Shown here one piece after another: positions 38,220 to 52,365 of a DNA stretch of 64,000 nt; within the stretch, counting starts at the first letter, position 1, and every line of letters starts with the position of its first letter. Source of the stretch: Octopus sinensis (lineage: Eukaryota); contig NC_043009.1 in assembly GCF_006345805.1 (NCBI RefSeq), positions 68,510,001-68,574,000 on the forward strand, given 5' to 3'. Position numbers and translations under genes: made by a program. The notes beneath the pieces are model-generated. The model made no database searches. It saw only the letters and a list, made by a program, of their open reading frames with translations, and was not told where the DNA came from.

Positions 38220-38933
38220 TATATCAACAAATAAAAAGATATAGAAATAAAGTTTTAGCAAAAATAGAAACGAGTTTTGTTGCTGCCTGCAAGATCTGTG
38301 AGAATATTTCACAACACATTTAACAGACAGCATAAACAACATCTATTTGCAACAGCTGTGCCATCTGGTGGTAAGATTCTTGCTAATTAAAGCAAGTGTA
38401 AACAACCCAATTAGTTAACGACTCCAGTTTCACCTGATAATTAACAAAGCTAAGCCATCACAATTGCACGCTTCAGTGAAAAATCCTGAATAAAATTATC
38501 CACGGTTTTTGTTATGTTGTGGGAATAAAGAAGAGAATAGCAACTCTCGTCGGATTACGTATTTTACAGATGAGTGATCATGTAACAATAGTTCAATTAT
38601 ACAATGTTGTTATAGACAATTGTCTCTGCACGCTCACTCGACCCGTTAGACATAGCAGCTAAATCACACACACAAACATCTTAGAGTCATACAAAAAGGA
38701 TAATATATGAAATGTGTCCTAAATATTCCTAAAAAAAAAGAAAAAAATTGTTGGCCATGGGTTGAACGATTTTGAAAACAAACCTGCTGTATATACAGAT
38801 ACACATATAAATAACAAAAGACAAAGTCACATAAAAAAAAAACAGAACAGAGGTCCAAAGAACAGTCACAGTTATTATTAATAGGTTGACCTCAAAGAAG
38901 GAGAAAAAATGTTATAAATGAAAAGCTCTAGAA

Positions 38934-39271
38934 CAGGGGTTCTCAACCATTTCTGGGTTTTTTTTTAATCTATGGACCCCTTTGATTACTATTTTATTCT
39001 GGTGGACCCCCATAGGCATTCAATGCTTAAAAACTAGTTTTATAGAAACTCCTTTCAAAATTCCCACTTTTGTCATTCACTTGGGTAGAATGAATTATGG
39101 AAAACATTTGAGAAAGAAACGTAGCTGCCTCTTGCAACACTTATTAATACATAGATCTAAGGCAAAAAAAAAAATTTACTATTGTGGACAATTCACTATT
39201 TTGCTGCCTGAACCCCCAAAAGTCTTATATGGACCCTTAAGGGCCATATGGACCCCAGCTGAGAACCACTG
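38934..39271. mobile_element. hAT-type MITE (related copy at about 61080-61276)
   Basis: CAGGGGTTCTCAAC ... GCTGAGAACCACTG terminal inverted repeats; NTCTAGAN-like flanks. Confidence 0.75.
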
Positions 39272-39539
39272 TTCCAGAGAAAAAGTATAAGGTTTCAGAC
39301 TTAGTTCAGATATACAGAGAAAAAGTTTAGGGTAAAGGGAAAAAAGTGAAGGAAAAGAGATAAGAAAGGAGAGCCAAGAAGAGGAAAGGATGAAAGCGAG
39401 GCATAGTGGCAGAATGGAGGGGTTGAGAGAAGTGTGGAGAAACGAAGTAAAGAAAAGGAGCAAATGTAAAGAGAAGAAATAAAGGTTTTAAGAACACAAA
39501 ACACTTGAATCCAATCAAGTTGTTGAAACTGCAACTTGT

Positions 39540-40320
39540 TTGCAGCTGCTCATTACCATCTTCGAAGTGTTGGGAAGGAGAGCAATAAGACGGGTTCAGA
39601 CATCTTACCTTGTCAGGGGAAGATACACACTACAGACTTTTTCTAAAGAGTGGGACAGAACTCTGGAGAGAGAAATCAAACACAAATTTGGCAAGGATAA
39701 GAGCTGAGTCTGGAAAGTACTGTTTGAGGAGAATGGAAGTGATGCTGACAAGACCAGTCAACTTATTGGATTCAACCAATTTGAAGAATTTGCAGACATG
39801 GTGACTGTCTGTATTCAAGAGTTTGGAAGAAGTTTCGTTGAATGAAGTGAAGCAAGTAGCAAATAGAAAAGCTTTTACAATGGAAATATTGCTGAGAGAG
39901 CCGTGGTGGTAGGAAACGGTCTACATAAAAGAGAAAGCTCTCCGATAAAGTGAAAGACTGAGATCTTACAGACCGTGCAATGTAGAAACATTATTTGTTA
40001 GTCTTCTATGGATTATGGTGGAGAGTGGAATTCTTGGTAGAGGCGGTGGTGAATAAAGCTCCAAACTTTGTGGTGGTGGATGACTGTCTTTAGCGATATG
40101 GAGAGTTTTTGTTACCTGCATCATTATGGCACAGTTTCTGCGGTTTCAGAGTCATAGCAGATCGACTGAGTGAGGGACGTGAATTGAGAATGGTATTTGC
40201 TAACCACCAAGGTTTCCTAGATGGGTCGAGGGCAATACATTTGCTGCCATAAAAGTGGAAGTGCTCTGAACAGTTAGTTGGCATAATGTGGAATCAAACT
40301 GAGCGATTCTTTAGCAATAT
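39540..40320 (-). mobile_element. Old CR1/L2-like LINE ORF2 fragment
   Basis: Decayed motifs DPSRKPWW, KLTGLVSITSILLKQYFPDSALILAK (cf. KSTGPDNIPAIVLK..PELAPILAK), IALLPNTSKM (cf. RPISLLPIISK). Confidence 0.65.
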
Positions 40321-41307
40321 CCCTATCATCATCATCATCATTTAACATCCTTTTTTGTTTTTCATGTTGGTAAGCTTGGAGACAATAACTCAAAGTAAAA
40401 ACAGAGACACATTCAACAAAATATTTACAGGTTCCTGTACAAATGAGCCATAGGGCCTCAAACAACCCAGTGAAGGAGCTACTATGGGGTAGCTCAATTT
40501 GCTAGAAATAACAGTATAATTTTCTCAATCACACCATACCATTTTATGAAAAGAGAAACCATTGTATATGGTCAAGGACAACAAAAAGCTGGATGGTTCA
40601 TAGCTACAATACCATTAATCATGAGTCTGCACAAACAGGGCTGACCAGGACAGACCAGTACCTGGACACGGATCATTTGGTGCCAGGTCACACAGAAAGA
40701 ATAGATCTTAAAATTTCATTTCTCTTTTATTGACCATCACAGTCCGAAGGGTGTTTGGGCATGTTTTTTCTTTTTTTTCTTTTTGTTGATGTCATTCTGT
40801 TGGTTATGACAACCAGTGTTCCATTTGATCCTATCAATGGAACAGCCTGTTCATGAAATTAAATTCCAAGTGGCTGAGTACTCCACAGTCACGCACACCC
40901 TTAGCATAGTTCTCAGAGATTCAGATTGACACAGAATGTGACAAGGTTGGTCCCCTTTGGAATTACAGGTACTACTCATTTTTGCCAGGTGAGTGGACTG
41001 GAGCAACGTGGAGTAAAGGGTCTTGCTCAAGGACACAATGCACTGCCAGGAATTGAACTCACAACCTTACAATCATGAGCTAACTATCCCTAACCACTAA
41101 GCCACATGCCATCACATGGATTACACATACATATATTATACATAAAATAATTAGATTATATATATTATGCGCTTTATTATGTGTGTGATGATCCCCTGGT
41201 CTGTAGAAACCTTGTTCTGCATGAAAGCAGTCCCTGGTGCGAAAATGATTGGGGCCAGGCTGCCCTAGGCTTTTTAGTGGTGTTATGTAGTTGTAGATGG
41301 TACTTAC

Positions 41308-41517
41308 TTGGCTGGATGAAGAGGTTGGAATGGTTCTTTCTGGTCTAAAGATAATTCTTCATCTGAAGACAATGATGCCTCTGAACTGGAAGACAAGATG
41401 TCGTGAAGGTTATATGGTCTGTGGGAGACTGGACAGCGTAGAGAATGATGTCTCATTGGCTCCTGGATGCTGCTACTTCCATTGCGGAAGTCAAAAATAT
41501 TGTTAGTATCGGGTGAG
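41308..41517 (-). CDS. BLTP1: BLTP1 exon (SPDTNNIFDFRNGSSS...SSSEASLSSDEELSLDQKEPFQPLHPA), phase 2-2
   Basis: 210 nt open frame, CTAATCTCTTAG| and |GTAAGT; Ser/acidic linker at the position of the human SSTSEDSE region. Confidence 0.82.
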
Positions 41518-43124
41518 CTAAGAGATTAGGAATTTGTATGTGAAAGAGAAAGAAAGAAAACAGTAGCATGATGAGTTGCAAAGAAGAGAGAGCAGCATTG
41601 AAATGCAAGGAAAACAAGAAGCACTTTCTATTCTAAGATGGATTTCAAAAATTTAAAGTTTTGCATTTTGTAAGAGCAAATAGTCTTTACAGGTAAGAGA
41701 CCTTCCTCCTGGTAAATGTTCAACCATGAAATAGCACTGAGGGCCAATAATTGGCCAGGCAGATTTAGGAGCAGTGAGGTTTTATCTCATGGCCCTGTCG
41801 TTAGAACTCAAGCACTTCTTAAGATACAAATTAATATCTAATTACCACAATAAATAATTATCTGAGATTAACATTGAGCTGAAGAGATGAAATGAGAATC
41901 ATTTACCTCTCATAGGCCCAGGCCACCCACAATAAATATACACCATGGAAAAGTGTAAAATCAGATTAGAGAGCAATTTGGCTTCTATTTCTAGCAGGCC
42001 AAATGCTCCCCCTCCCCACCAATCATGAAGAAGGTACCCCACAAAAATGTAATGAACAACATCAAAACACTTTTGATAATGTCTTGCTTTCCATTTACTT
42101 TTCAGCATGACTTAGGGGAGGAAGGGCAACAGACAGGTTCTTTTTGGGGAGACTCCAAGACAAGAGAAGTTCTCCTCAGAAAAGACCCCAAACCCATATA
42201 CGATAGAGTGGGTTGCCCTCAAAGCAGACAAAGGCCAGATCTTGTTCAAGGTGAAGTAACAAGACCAAAAACACACTAAGGAATAGTAAGCAGTGGTAGC
42301 ATTATGTAACTGACCAGTGTTTTTGTCAGCCCACAATATCTGACTATTTCACATAGGTATACCACGTGAAGAACAGAGTGGAGCACCAACAGCCCAGCCA
42401 AAGAAATGACATCTTATAACTAAATATTAACTATTTAAATTATGATTACTTTTATCAATTATAGAAAATAGAGTATAATAAAACAAAGCAAAAAAAAAAC
42501 CAAATTCATTTATTTACTCTAAACATTATTTTTGTCAATGTTGCAATGGCTGGACAGATCTAGAAATTGGCAGAATTTTTGAGAGGAGATATCTTTGTCA
42601 CTGGATAACTCTTTCCAATATTCATCCACTCAATGAGAATTGATTAGAGTTATATCCAAAGCAAGGTAAATTATATACAACACCTTACTCAAAGATCACT
42701 GTACAGGCTCGCTCCCAGGAATAATGGAAGGGCTTTCCATTATTTACTGTTCAGGCAGCAGTCACCAATTAGCTAATTTGATTCTACATCTCATCGCTAA
42801 GGAATATTATTAGAGAGGATGAACTTACCATATCTGCTGCTGAGATAATAAGTATTAATGGTTTGCTTCTGCTTTATTCATTAATTAGAGCTAAACTAGA
42901 TATAGAGAAAGAGTTGGCAGGCAGCGAGAGAGCGAAGGTTTTGAAGGAGGAAACACAACAGAGGTCAAGGAAAAAGCAAGCTTAGGAGGGAGAACACAGG
43001 GAGGAAGGATTAATGAGAAACACAAGGATTTTATAGGGTTAAACAAAAAGCAAATAAATAGGTAACTAAAAGACATTATAGGTACCAATTTGAGAGAGAG
43101 TCTACAAAAACAGCCACTTAGGAA

Positions 43125-43290
43125 CAGGGCTGGCCTTAGGGTTGCTGGTGTCCCGGGAAAGCTAAACTTCAGCTTGCACAAGCTGACAGTCATGGAAATT
43201 TCTCTGTTTTGGTCAAGCCCTCTTTGGTGGCCCCTAGTACATGGCACCCTGGGCGACTGCCCATGTTGCCGGTACCTTAAGTTAGCCCTA
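43125..43290. mobile_element. hAT-type MITE
   Basis: CAGGGCTGGCCTTAGG ... CCTTAAGTTAGCCCTA termini; 8-bp flanks CTTAGGAA/CGTAGAAA. Confidence 0.6.
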
Positions 43291-44217
43291 CGTAGAAAAC
43301 TTGTAGCATGAATCCCTTTCTGGACAAGGTACCAGTTATGCTACAGAACAGTTGGCCAATCTATCTGCTCAAATAAGATGTTATATAATTAGCTGTTCAT
43401 CATCATCATTTAATGTCCACTTTCTATACTGGCATGGGTTGGACGGTTTCACTGAGGTCTGGAGAGCCAGGAGGCTGCACCAGGCTCCAATCAGATCTGG
43501 CAATGTTTCTACAACAGGATGCCTTTCCTAATGCCAACCACTCTGATAAATGAAATATTTTAATCTTGAAGCTTTCCTTCTTGTTTTACTTCCCCCACCA
43601 TCTCATAGGAGTCAACCTTGAAAATTAAATTTTAATTCTCTTTTTGATCTCAGTAATTAAGACTGCAGCCTTGCTGGATCACAGCCTTGCAGAGAGGAAT
43701 CAATTATGAACTTGAGTTTTATTGAGCTTAGAACAATAAAAAGGAAAAAGAGGGGTTGAGTGAGATTTGAACCTGGGACATAAAGGAAAGAAACTGAATT
43801 TGAAATTGTTATATTGAAAAAGCATGGGAAGTTATTTTTCAGATGTTTTAATAACATTGTAATTTTCATCTTGATTCCCCAATCACCTAAATAGCTTTTA
43901 GAAATAAAAATAAGATATGATAAAAATAAAATTAAATTAAAATCAACATAAAAAAATTTAATTCACAAAGCATGCGCAAAAAAAAAACAAATACAAACAT
44001 ACAAAACTAAACAAACACAAACAATGAGGGCAGAGTGGTTATTAATTATTTAAACACACAAACATTTAATGGCATAAGAGAGAGAGAGAGAGAGAGAGAA
44101 GAATTAGTGTCTATGAAGCATGCAACGACTAGAACTACAGATTACTAAAGAGTGACAGGTGGAGATAAAAAAAAGAAAAGAAACACAAGAGAGATTCGGT
44201 AGAAGTGACAAGCGTAC

Positions 44218-44346
44218 CCAGGAGATGTGTCAGGTGACGACTCAAATGGCATTTCGGCATGCGTGATTAAAGATTTAATTTCAGAAGACGAGCCTTCGGC
44301 CAGGCCTTCTGTGTGTCGCAATATATGAGCTTTGCCATTAGACTCG
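44218..44346 (-). CDS. BLTP1: Probable BLTP1 cassette exon (SESNGKAHILRHTEGLAEGSSSEIKSLITHAEMPFESSPDTSPG), phase 2-2
   Basis: 129 nt symmetric open frame; long pyrimidine tract then CAG|; TGG|GTACGC donor; CpG-containing coding-like composition; TGCATG motifs on both sides. No recognisable homology (disordered linker). Confidence 0.7.
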
Positions 44347-46220
44347 CTGTTAATGGAAGAAAAAGTAGAAATGATAATACTCCAAAGAATTCCCTTTAGA
44401 GATGATGGCATGCAGGATTTCCTTTTCCCTTTTTTTCTTTATTCTCTCGAATGGTTGTTTGCTCAAAATACATTCATAGACTCTAACAACAACAGCAACA
44501 ACAAAAACTAATGTCATCATCATCATCACCAGTTTCAAATTATGAGGCATTTACACATTTATTCAGACTGTTACCCAGTGCAAAAGAGGTTTCAATAAAT
44601 TCAGTTTCTAAATCGCGATTTGGTTTCTTTTTTCCATTTAACATATTCTACTTGCATTCATGTGTGTCCATGTGCACATTATTGTACCAATACATAAGGT
44701 TTGACTGTGTTATTTCACCTTGGATTACTTCCAAGAATTACCAAGAATTACCAAGAGTATTGTTATCATTAAGAGTTTACTCATCCATCAAAAGATTCAA
44801 GTTTTTTTTTCAGGTTTCATTTTATTTTTGGTTTATATACATAAGCGCAGGCACGGCTGTGTGGTAAGTAGCTTGCTTCCCAACCACATGGTTCTGAGTA
44901 CAGTTCTACTGTGTGGCACCTTGGGTAAGTGTCTTCTACTATGGCTTCAGGCTAACCAAAAGCCTTGTGAGCGAATTTGGTAGATGGAAACTGAAAGAAG
45001 ACTGTCACACGCGCGTGTGTGTGTGTTTATCACCCCGCCTCAGTCAAATCGTCTCAGTCAAATCGTCCAACCCATGCTAGCATGGAAAGTGGACATTAAA
45101 TGATGATGACACACATACCATATTTTTCTTGAACTTATTCGTTTTATTGTCATTACTTAAGAGCCCCAGGTTAATATTTTACAATGTGTGTTAAATAGTG
45201 CCTTCCAGCAAGAAAATTTAGACTCGCTATGATGATACTAGTGGTTGTTTAATTACAGCAGAACAATCTTGATTGGGCAGACCTGTGATCAAAGATGCTC
45301 CAAGAATGACTGTTTCATTACTATTTCAAAAATCAGGTGAATCACTCACAGTATTTTATTGGTACTTTTAAATAGATTTCATCAGGTGGAGTGCGAAAAG
45401 CAGGGTCAACCCCAGAAGAATTTGTAAAAAAAGGGAAGTTCAGGATCAAAACCCAAGGGCCTATTATTAAATACCTAAACCAACACTTTGCTGTTTATAA
45501 TAAGAAATGATTTTCTTTTGAGAAAGGCGATAGAAAAACCAACCCAACACTTCACTGGTCACACATTTTATCGAGCCCCCGCCCAGAGCACCAGGGGATG
45601 TAACTCAATAGCACAAGTCATTTTGTCATCCATCCTGCCCGATTCTGATAATCAATCACAATATTAGAAACAGCAGCAGAATAAGTAACAGAGTTCTACA
45701 GGCAGTACTGCATCATAACCACTGACATAATTACCATAATCAATTAGTTAATCCATATCACCTTTTAGCTGATCAGTAATCTAACTTTAGAAACAACTAA
45801 TAACCCAACAAATCATGAAAATTTGAATATTCAATATATTTAAGTTATATTTCTGTTTAGAATGCAGATCAACTCATTGTTGTGGAAAGGAACTTGGAAG
45901 ACACCCATTATTCCCGCCTTCTCAACAGCACAGTCGAAAGTATTGAATCTCCTGTAGTTTAATGATTATCAGACTACCAGCATCATCATCATCATCATAA
46001 TGTCTACTTTTTCCATGCTTGCATGGATCAGATAATGTTTATTGAAGCAGATTTTCTACGGCTGGACACCCTTGCTGTCACCAACCCTCACTTGTTTCCA
46101 AGTACAATAATATTCCCCCTTAACCAAACATGTTCTCACAGAATATTGGAAATGAAGAATGCTGCTTGTATGACAGTGACACTCATTTACAACCATCATA
46201 ACAGTCAAGATAAAGAAGCA

Positions 46221-46260
<40 letters not shown>

Positions 46261-46487
46261 CAAACACACACACGCTTGCGTATGCATATTTGTCAATGTG
46301 ACCTGTGCAGTATTTTCTAAATGACAACAAACTGTTTTTCCATGACATCAGCAACAACCAGAATTTAAAATAGTCAGAAAAAAATGTTTTTATATTCAAT
46401 ATCCATGCCATGCTTCTATGTACTGAAAGAGTGTCTTCTGTGTTTCACAACGGGTTTTATAACAACAATATAGCTGAGAGAAAATGC

Positions 46488-46702
46488 CTATTTCTTTACT
46501 ACCCACAAGGGGCTAAACACAGAGAGAACAAACAAGGACAGACAAACGGATTAAGTCGATTATATCGACCCCAGTGCGTAACTGGTACTTATTTAATCGA
46601 CCCCGAAAGGATGAAAGGCAAAGTCAACCTCGGCGGAATTTGAACTCAGAACGTAAAGGCAGACGAAATACGGCTACGCATTTCACCCAGTGTGCTAACG
46701 TT
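46488..46702 (-). mobile_element. Young tRNA-derived Nin/Deu-like SINE
   Basis: Near identical to the copy at 52366-52592; CpGs intact. Confidence 0.88.
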
Positions 46703-47055
46703 CATAGTGGCATTGACTAAGCAGAATGTTTTGCTGAAGAGGTCCAATAGGACAAAAACATGTCTATTGCCTTTCACCATTTGGCTAGAAGAGTAAATCC
46801 ACTCCTACAGTGAATCCTCTATATGTTTCCCCCACCTCGCCTAAACTGAGGAAGTTTTCTTTTGTCAAGTAATTGTGTGAATAATCTTAATTAAGTGAAA
46901 ATTTCACAATGCATCGACATTCTATACGTGAGAGGCTAACGTGTTTTGTAGAGTTTGTGTAGGTATGAGTATGTATGAGTATCATGCGACAGGGATTAGT
47001 GATGGATCCTGGCAAAATGAGATGACCAAACAAGAGATGGATCTGTAGCATGCAC

Positions 47056-47331
47056 GGAAGAAGAAGGAAGAAAGAAGAAGAAGAAGGAGAAAGAAGAAGA
47101 AAGAAAGGAGGAGAAGAAGGAGAAAGAAGAAGAAGAAAAGAAGAAGAAAAGAAGAAGAAAAGAAAAAGAAGAAGAAGAAGAAGAAGTAGAAGAAGAAGAA
47201 AGAGAAGGAGAAGGAGGAGAAGAAGAAGAAGAAGAAGAAGAAAAGAAGAAGAAAGAAGAAGAAGAAGAAGAAGAAGAAGAAGAAGAAGAAGAAGAAGAAG
47301 AAGAAAGAGAAGGAGAAGGAGGAGAAGAAGG
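47056..47331. repeat. (GAA)n-rich polypurine tract
   Basis: About 275 nt, essentially all purine on the + strand. Confidence 0.97.
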
Positions 47332-49386
47332 TGTAGATGTTCTCAGAAAGAGCTTGTATGAAATCTGAAAGACAGTGGAGTTACAACAAAAACAACCAAC
47401 ATTACTGAATTATCCAACAGATTTCTTGATGAAAATTTTATCCGGAATAAAATTACAATTTAAAACGCAGGATACAAAGCTGAAACCAATTGTTAACGTT
47501 AGTTTTTGACATCATGTTAGAAATATTCATTTGAAATGTTTTTTTTATACTTATTTACAGAAACATCTCCATTTAATTCCAAGATACATCACAAGACCTA
47601 TTACAGTGAATATAAACATTACTTACATAGTTAGGGCAGTGGAAAAAAATTTACATGCAGTCCACATATTTACATACAATGTCAGGTTTCCCACTGACAC
47701 CAGGCAATTAAACTTAAACAAAACACTTTAAAAAAACAACCAAATATTTAAAATAATTGCTGTTCATTTATTACAACCAGTCTGCTATCTTATGCATCAT
47801 TCTCATACTCTGAATATTTCTAGAAAAGACTCTCTGGAAGTTGACTACCTTAAAGTTGGCAAAGCTGATCTGTTCAGTGCAAACCAGGAAAGCCACAATG
47901 GCTGATTACAATATTGAATTTAATTTTTTTATATTTAGAGTTAAACAGTTCTTCGTGTGTTCCCTTTCTACAGATCATCATCACCATCTAACTTTATCAT
48001 GCTTGCTTGGGCCAGACGGGATTTTTGAAGTGGATTTTCTATGGCCAGATGCCCTTCCTAATACCAAGCACTTTACAGAGTGTACTAGGTGCATGCTAAT
48101 ATAACAGCACCAGAGAGGTATTGTCCTCAACAAGACAAAAGCATCCTCATGACCCTATGTCATATCTGTCCACTCACCAACCACAATATGTACTGAGTGC
48201 ATTTTATCATGGCACCAGCACTAGTAAGGTTGCCTGGTATTCTGCAAGACTGTCATCACTACTCAACATTCTTCATCATCATCGTTTAACGTCTGCTTTC
48301 CATGCTAGCATGGGTTGGACGGTTCAACAGGGGTCTGGGAAATCAGTAGGCTGCACCAGGCTCCAGTCTGATCTGGCAGTGTTTCTACAGCTGGATGCCC
48401 TTCCTAACGCCAACCACTCTGTGAATGTAGTGGGTGTTTTTTACGTGCCACCAGCACAGGTGCCAGGGGAGGCTGGCAACAGCCACGATTCTTCATTTAG
48501 TGAAAACAATGTAACCAATAGAGTCATATTTTTATGTAACAAAAATTTTTTTAAAAAAGGGCAACTGTTAAAGGAGACTCACCAGTTTAGCACAATCTAA
48601 CAATATTGAATAAAAGGTGATTAATTAATATCATTCAAAAAATACCAGGGATTTCAGTTGCAGAATCAGTCCTAGGTTGCGTCATCAATATTGCAGCCCA
48701 ACAAATGAAGTTGAAAAGAACAAGTGAAACTTAAACATTTATTTCTTTAGTTCCAGACAAAATGGAATCTTAGTCCAAAAAATACCCAACGATTATTGTA
48801 ACAGCAGTATGGTTAGATTCCTACTTCACACATTTAAAGGGTTTCACAGGGCTTACTAATGCCTTAATTTAGGAGACAATACATATTATCTTGAATGAAG
48901 TCAGAAATGAAATGCTCAATCTCTCCACAGTTCAACCAACATCCTGCAAGATATCATCTGCTATCATAGAAACCTTGCTGTTGTGGTAGGATAAGAATTT
49001 CCCAGGTGGGTTGTGTCAAGGATTTGGTATACTTTCTTTTGAAACAGTTTCCTTTATGTTACTAATGTCTTGAAGAGGTAAATGCCACGATTTTCTATTC
49101 TTGAACTTGAAAATAGCTCAGAATTTACATGCCAGCTGTGGGAATAATTATAACAGGTAAATTCTGTTGTGTCTGGGGACACAAACTCATATAAAGAATC
49201 TTGCAAACCAAATCCAAAAACCAAATATAACAGGTAAACATTTTCCAAAACAAAAGCAAAATAAAATATAACAACATGTGAATTTGTACTCAGTTCACAT
49301 TTCAAAAGTATGACCGCTCTCGAGCACCAAATAGTTCTTAGGACTTATCAACCAAATGAAATCAAAACTGACAAACTTTCACTCAC

Positions 49387-49484
49387 CTTCTGTGATGTCT
49401 TCGTGGATGATGCCCACCAAATGATTTGGACCTAGAGTGAGTAGGTTTGTGCCCGAGACCCAAAGTGTCCTTAAGTACGGAAGC
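49387..49484 (-). CDS. BLTP1: BLTP1 exon (ASVLKDTLGLGHKPTHSRSKSFGGHHPRRHHR), phase 0-2
   Basis: ATTTTTTAG| and AAG|GTGAGT; matches AASLKDKWGLSYKPSYSRSKS. Confidence 0.92.
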
Positions 49485-49554
49485 CTAAAAAATAAATAAT
49501 TCAATGTAAATTAAATGAAGAGTAACAAAATACAACTAATATAAAATACTGATT

Positions 49555-49896
49555 TTAAATTTTGGCACAAGGCCAGCAATTTCGAGGCAGTGGGTGAGTT
49601 GATTACATCAACCCCAAAGTTTGTTTTATCAACCCTGAAAGGATGAATAACCACCATAAAATATTTATTTCTTTATTGCCCACAAGGAGTTAAACATAAA
49701 GGGGACAAACCAGGACAGACAAAGGGATTAAGCCGATTACATTGACCCCAGTGCATAACTGGTACTTATTTAATCGTCCCAAAAGGATGAAAGGCAAAGT
49801 TGACCTCAGCAGAATTTGAACTCAGAATGTAGCAGCAGACGAAAGACCGCTAAGCATTTCGCCCAGCATGCAAACGATTCTGCCAGCTCACCACCC
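49555..49896 (-). mobile_element. Partial plus full Nin/Deu-like SINE
   Basis: Same diagnostic blocks. Confidence 0.82.
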
Positions 49897-50462
49897 TAAA
49901 ATATTAACAGTTATGAACCTTGACAAGTTGTCCTCCAATTAAAAAGTATCTTCAAGGGGCCATTAGTAAAGCTCTCCCCCACTCCAACCCTTCAGAGTAA
50001 CAACTAAATTTTCCAGCAGCATTGCTAAACATCTTCATCATATTTTTAAAAATAGAGTAAACATATAAACACTACATTAAAATTAAAAGCTAAAGTTTGT
50101 CGTCAACCTACAAGCTCACTGGGCCACAGATTACCCCAGTTTCCATGACACAGTACATGACACCCCTGAAGGGGATACCAATCCAACACAAAATGAACCC
50201 TAGCTGATATTCATTTCAGCTGAATTGACTGAAACCATGCTGAATTTTCAGAGCCCCAACTTGCCACCAAATCCATGTATTGAACTCACGACCCTACAGT
50301 CACGAGCTGGACACCACAGCCACTTGGCCACAAATCTCAACATTACATAACGTGGTGGTATGCGAAAAAAAAAAATACTAAAAAAAATCATGTAAATGGA
50401 ATTATATTGAAAGCAGTCGTGAAATAAATTCCCAAATTAAAAGCTGAGTCAAAGAAGCAAAC

Positions 50463-50586
50463 CTTTTCTCCCTGTTTTTTCAACTTATTCAAAACATCTC
50501 TCCGGAAATCATTAAATAATAGCATTTGCAAGCCTTCCAGTTTTCTGATTTCTATGTCAACAACTGACTGTGAAGCACCGAGTTGT
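50463..50586 (-). CDS. BLTP1: BLTP1 exon (QLGASQSVVDIEIRKLEGLQMLLFNDFRRDVLNKLKKQGEK), phase 2-0
   Basis: CTCCACAG| and AAG|GTTTGC; matches KLGASEGTINQEI..NDIRRDVRKKL. Confidence 0.93.
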
Positions 50587-50890
50587 CTGTGGAGCAAACA
50601 AATGTTAAAAACCATATTAAGATCAAGGAAAAACAAAAAAAAAAACATTATTTGAAATGTTGATTAAATCACTTTGATAACGAGCAAGGCTTTATTAGCT
50701 GCAAGCATCGTTAAGTGTTCCACCACATTTCTTGTTACTCCACTTCGTAATTAACCTTCACTTCCATCCTCTTTGCAATAATTCTTTGCCAGAACTGAAT
50801 TCTCTAAACTCATATTTTCAACAACATTGCTAAGTTAATTCAAACTAAATACCAATTTCTAAGACTAGAAATTCAGGTGAGTCGATTAAC

Positions 50891-51111
50891 CCTTTCGTTA
50901 GTGTATTTCTGTTGAGATGCTCTGTGTTTCTTTCAGTTAATTTTAAATATAACAAAGAATTTAGTAAAAATAACTTAATTATCATTAAGCTGGTGTTAGA
51001 AATATAAATTGTGACTAAAGTTTGGTGGAGGATCTTAATTCAAAACTTATGAAAGCAAGACATTTGTATTCAGAGCCAGAGCCGGTTTCAGCCGGTTTGG
51101 TAACAAAAGGG
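50891..51111. mobile_element. piggyBac-type MITE (second family)
   Basis: TTAA-CCCTTTCGTTA ... TAACAAAAGGG-TCAA termini. Confidence 0.7.
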
Positions 51112-52365
51112 TCAAATCAACTCCAATATCTCAATAGTACTTATTCTATCAAAAATCAACTTTGACAAGACACTAACTCAGAATATAAAAAGGTGCCAAG
51201 CTGATTATTAACATCAGTGACTCCATTTTAATCTCCCTAATCTCTCACTATAAGACAGTCTGCAAAAACAGAAAGGGATAAGAATCTACTCCTCCTTCTC
51301 AAACAAGCAAACAACAGGGACTCATAAAAATCTGTGGGGTTCCAGGTACAGGGAATATACAGAATAATCACAGGAATGGGAATGTTTTATATACCAATTT
51401 AATATCTAATACTGATTCACTTCATGAAGAATATGAAATTAAAGAAAACAACAAGGAAGCTTTCTTCGTCAGGCAAGGACGACTCTCTTCCGACTGCATC
51501 AGCCTTGGCTCATCATCAGACAGGCCACACTGCTAAAAAGAATTAAAGGTAGTTTTTCAAGGAGAGGCCATTCAGAAAGTTCCATGCTCTGCAGTTTGCC
51601 TATGACTGTTCTATATGGTCGCTTTATGCCTGCTAGAAACAGCAGCCAAATCTCCTTCACATCACACCCTAAAGTCCTAAATAAAGAAGGATACATTGGA
51701 AAATATAGTCCCTGATATAAAAGACAGAAGATGGTAACAGTCAGAACATCTTTGTGCATAAATCTGCTGGATCAGAGCTAAACACTGAATTATTGTTTAA
51801 TATTATTACAGGAAAATTTAATAGGAAACAATATTTCATTTCTAGTCCTCTTATACATTGATACAGTCTGAATGGGATCCGTATCTTGGATGTTATAGCA
51901 TCAATGTTTCAGCATTCAGTATTCTTCAGCTTCCTTCAGGTGCTTGTCATAGACAGTAACACAAAGAATTTCAAACTGTTGAACATCATGCCGTGGACAT
52001 TTTCCTATTAGCTATTTTCCTTGTTTGTGAAGCTTTGAACCAGAGTATATATAGATTCATTCCCCCAGAAATTGAACTCATGCCCACCAAGCCAACTGTA
52101 ACACTTAACACATAATCAATGCTCTTAATCATTTATGCCTGTTGTCCCGCAGAATAATAAATGGTTAAAAAATACTTAAGTTTAAAATTGCTAAACACCT
52201 TTTGAGTGTGGTCGTTGCCAGAAGTGCCTGACTGGCCCTTGTGCCAGTGGCATGTAAAAGCACCACTACACTCTCGGAGTCGTTGGCATTAGGAAGGGCA
52301 TAGAAACGTTGCCAGAACAGATTGAGCCTGGTGCAGCCTTGTGGCTCACCAGTCCTCAGTCAAAC

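Noticed and set aside
42829-42839. CAGCAGCAG-ATATG|GTAAGT microexon
   Set aside because: All lengths (5, 8, 11 nt) shift the frame, and the pyrimidine tract is weak.
47050-47361. Arg-rich protamine-like ORF
   Set aside because: It is a translation of a (GAA)n tract.
48583-48596. 14-nt pseudo-exon with GTGAGT donor
   Set aside because: The acceptor is weak and it frameshifts; such matches are expected by chance.
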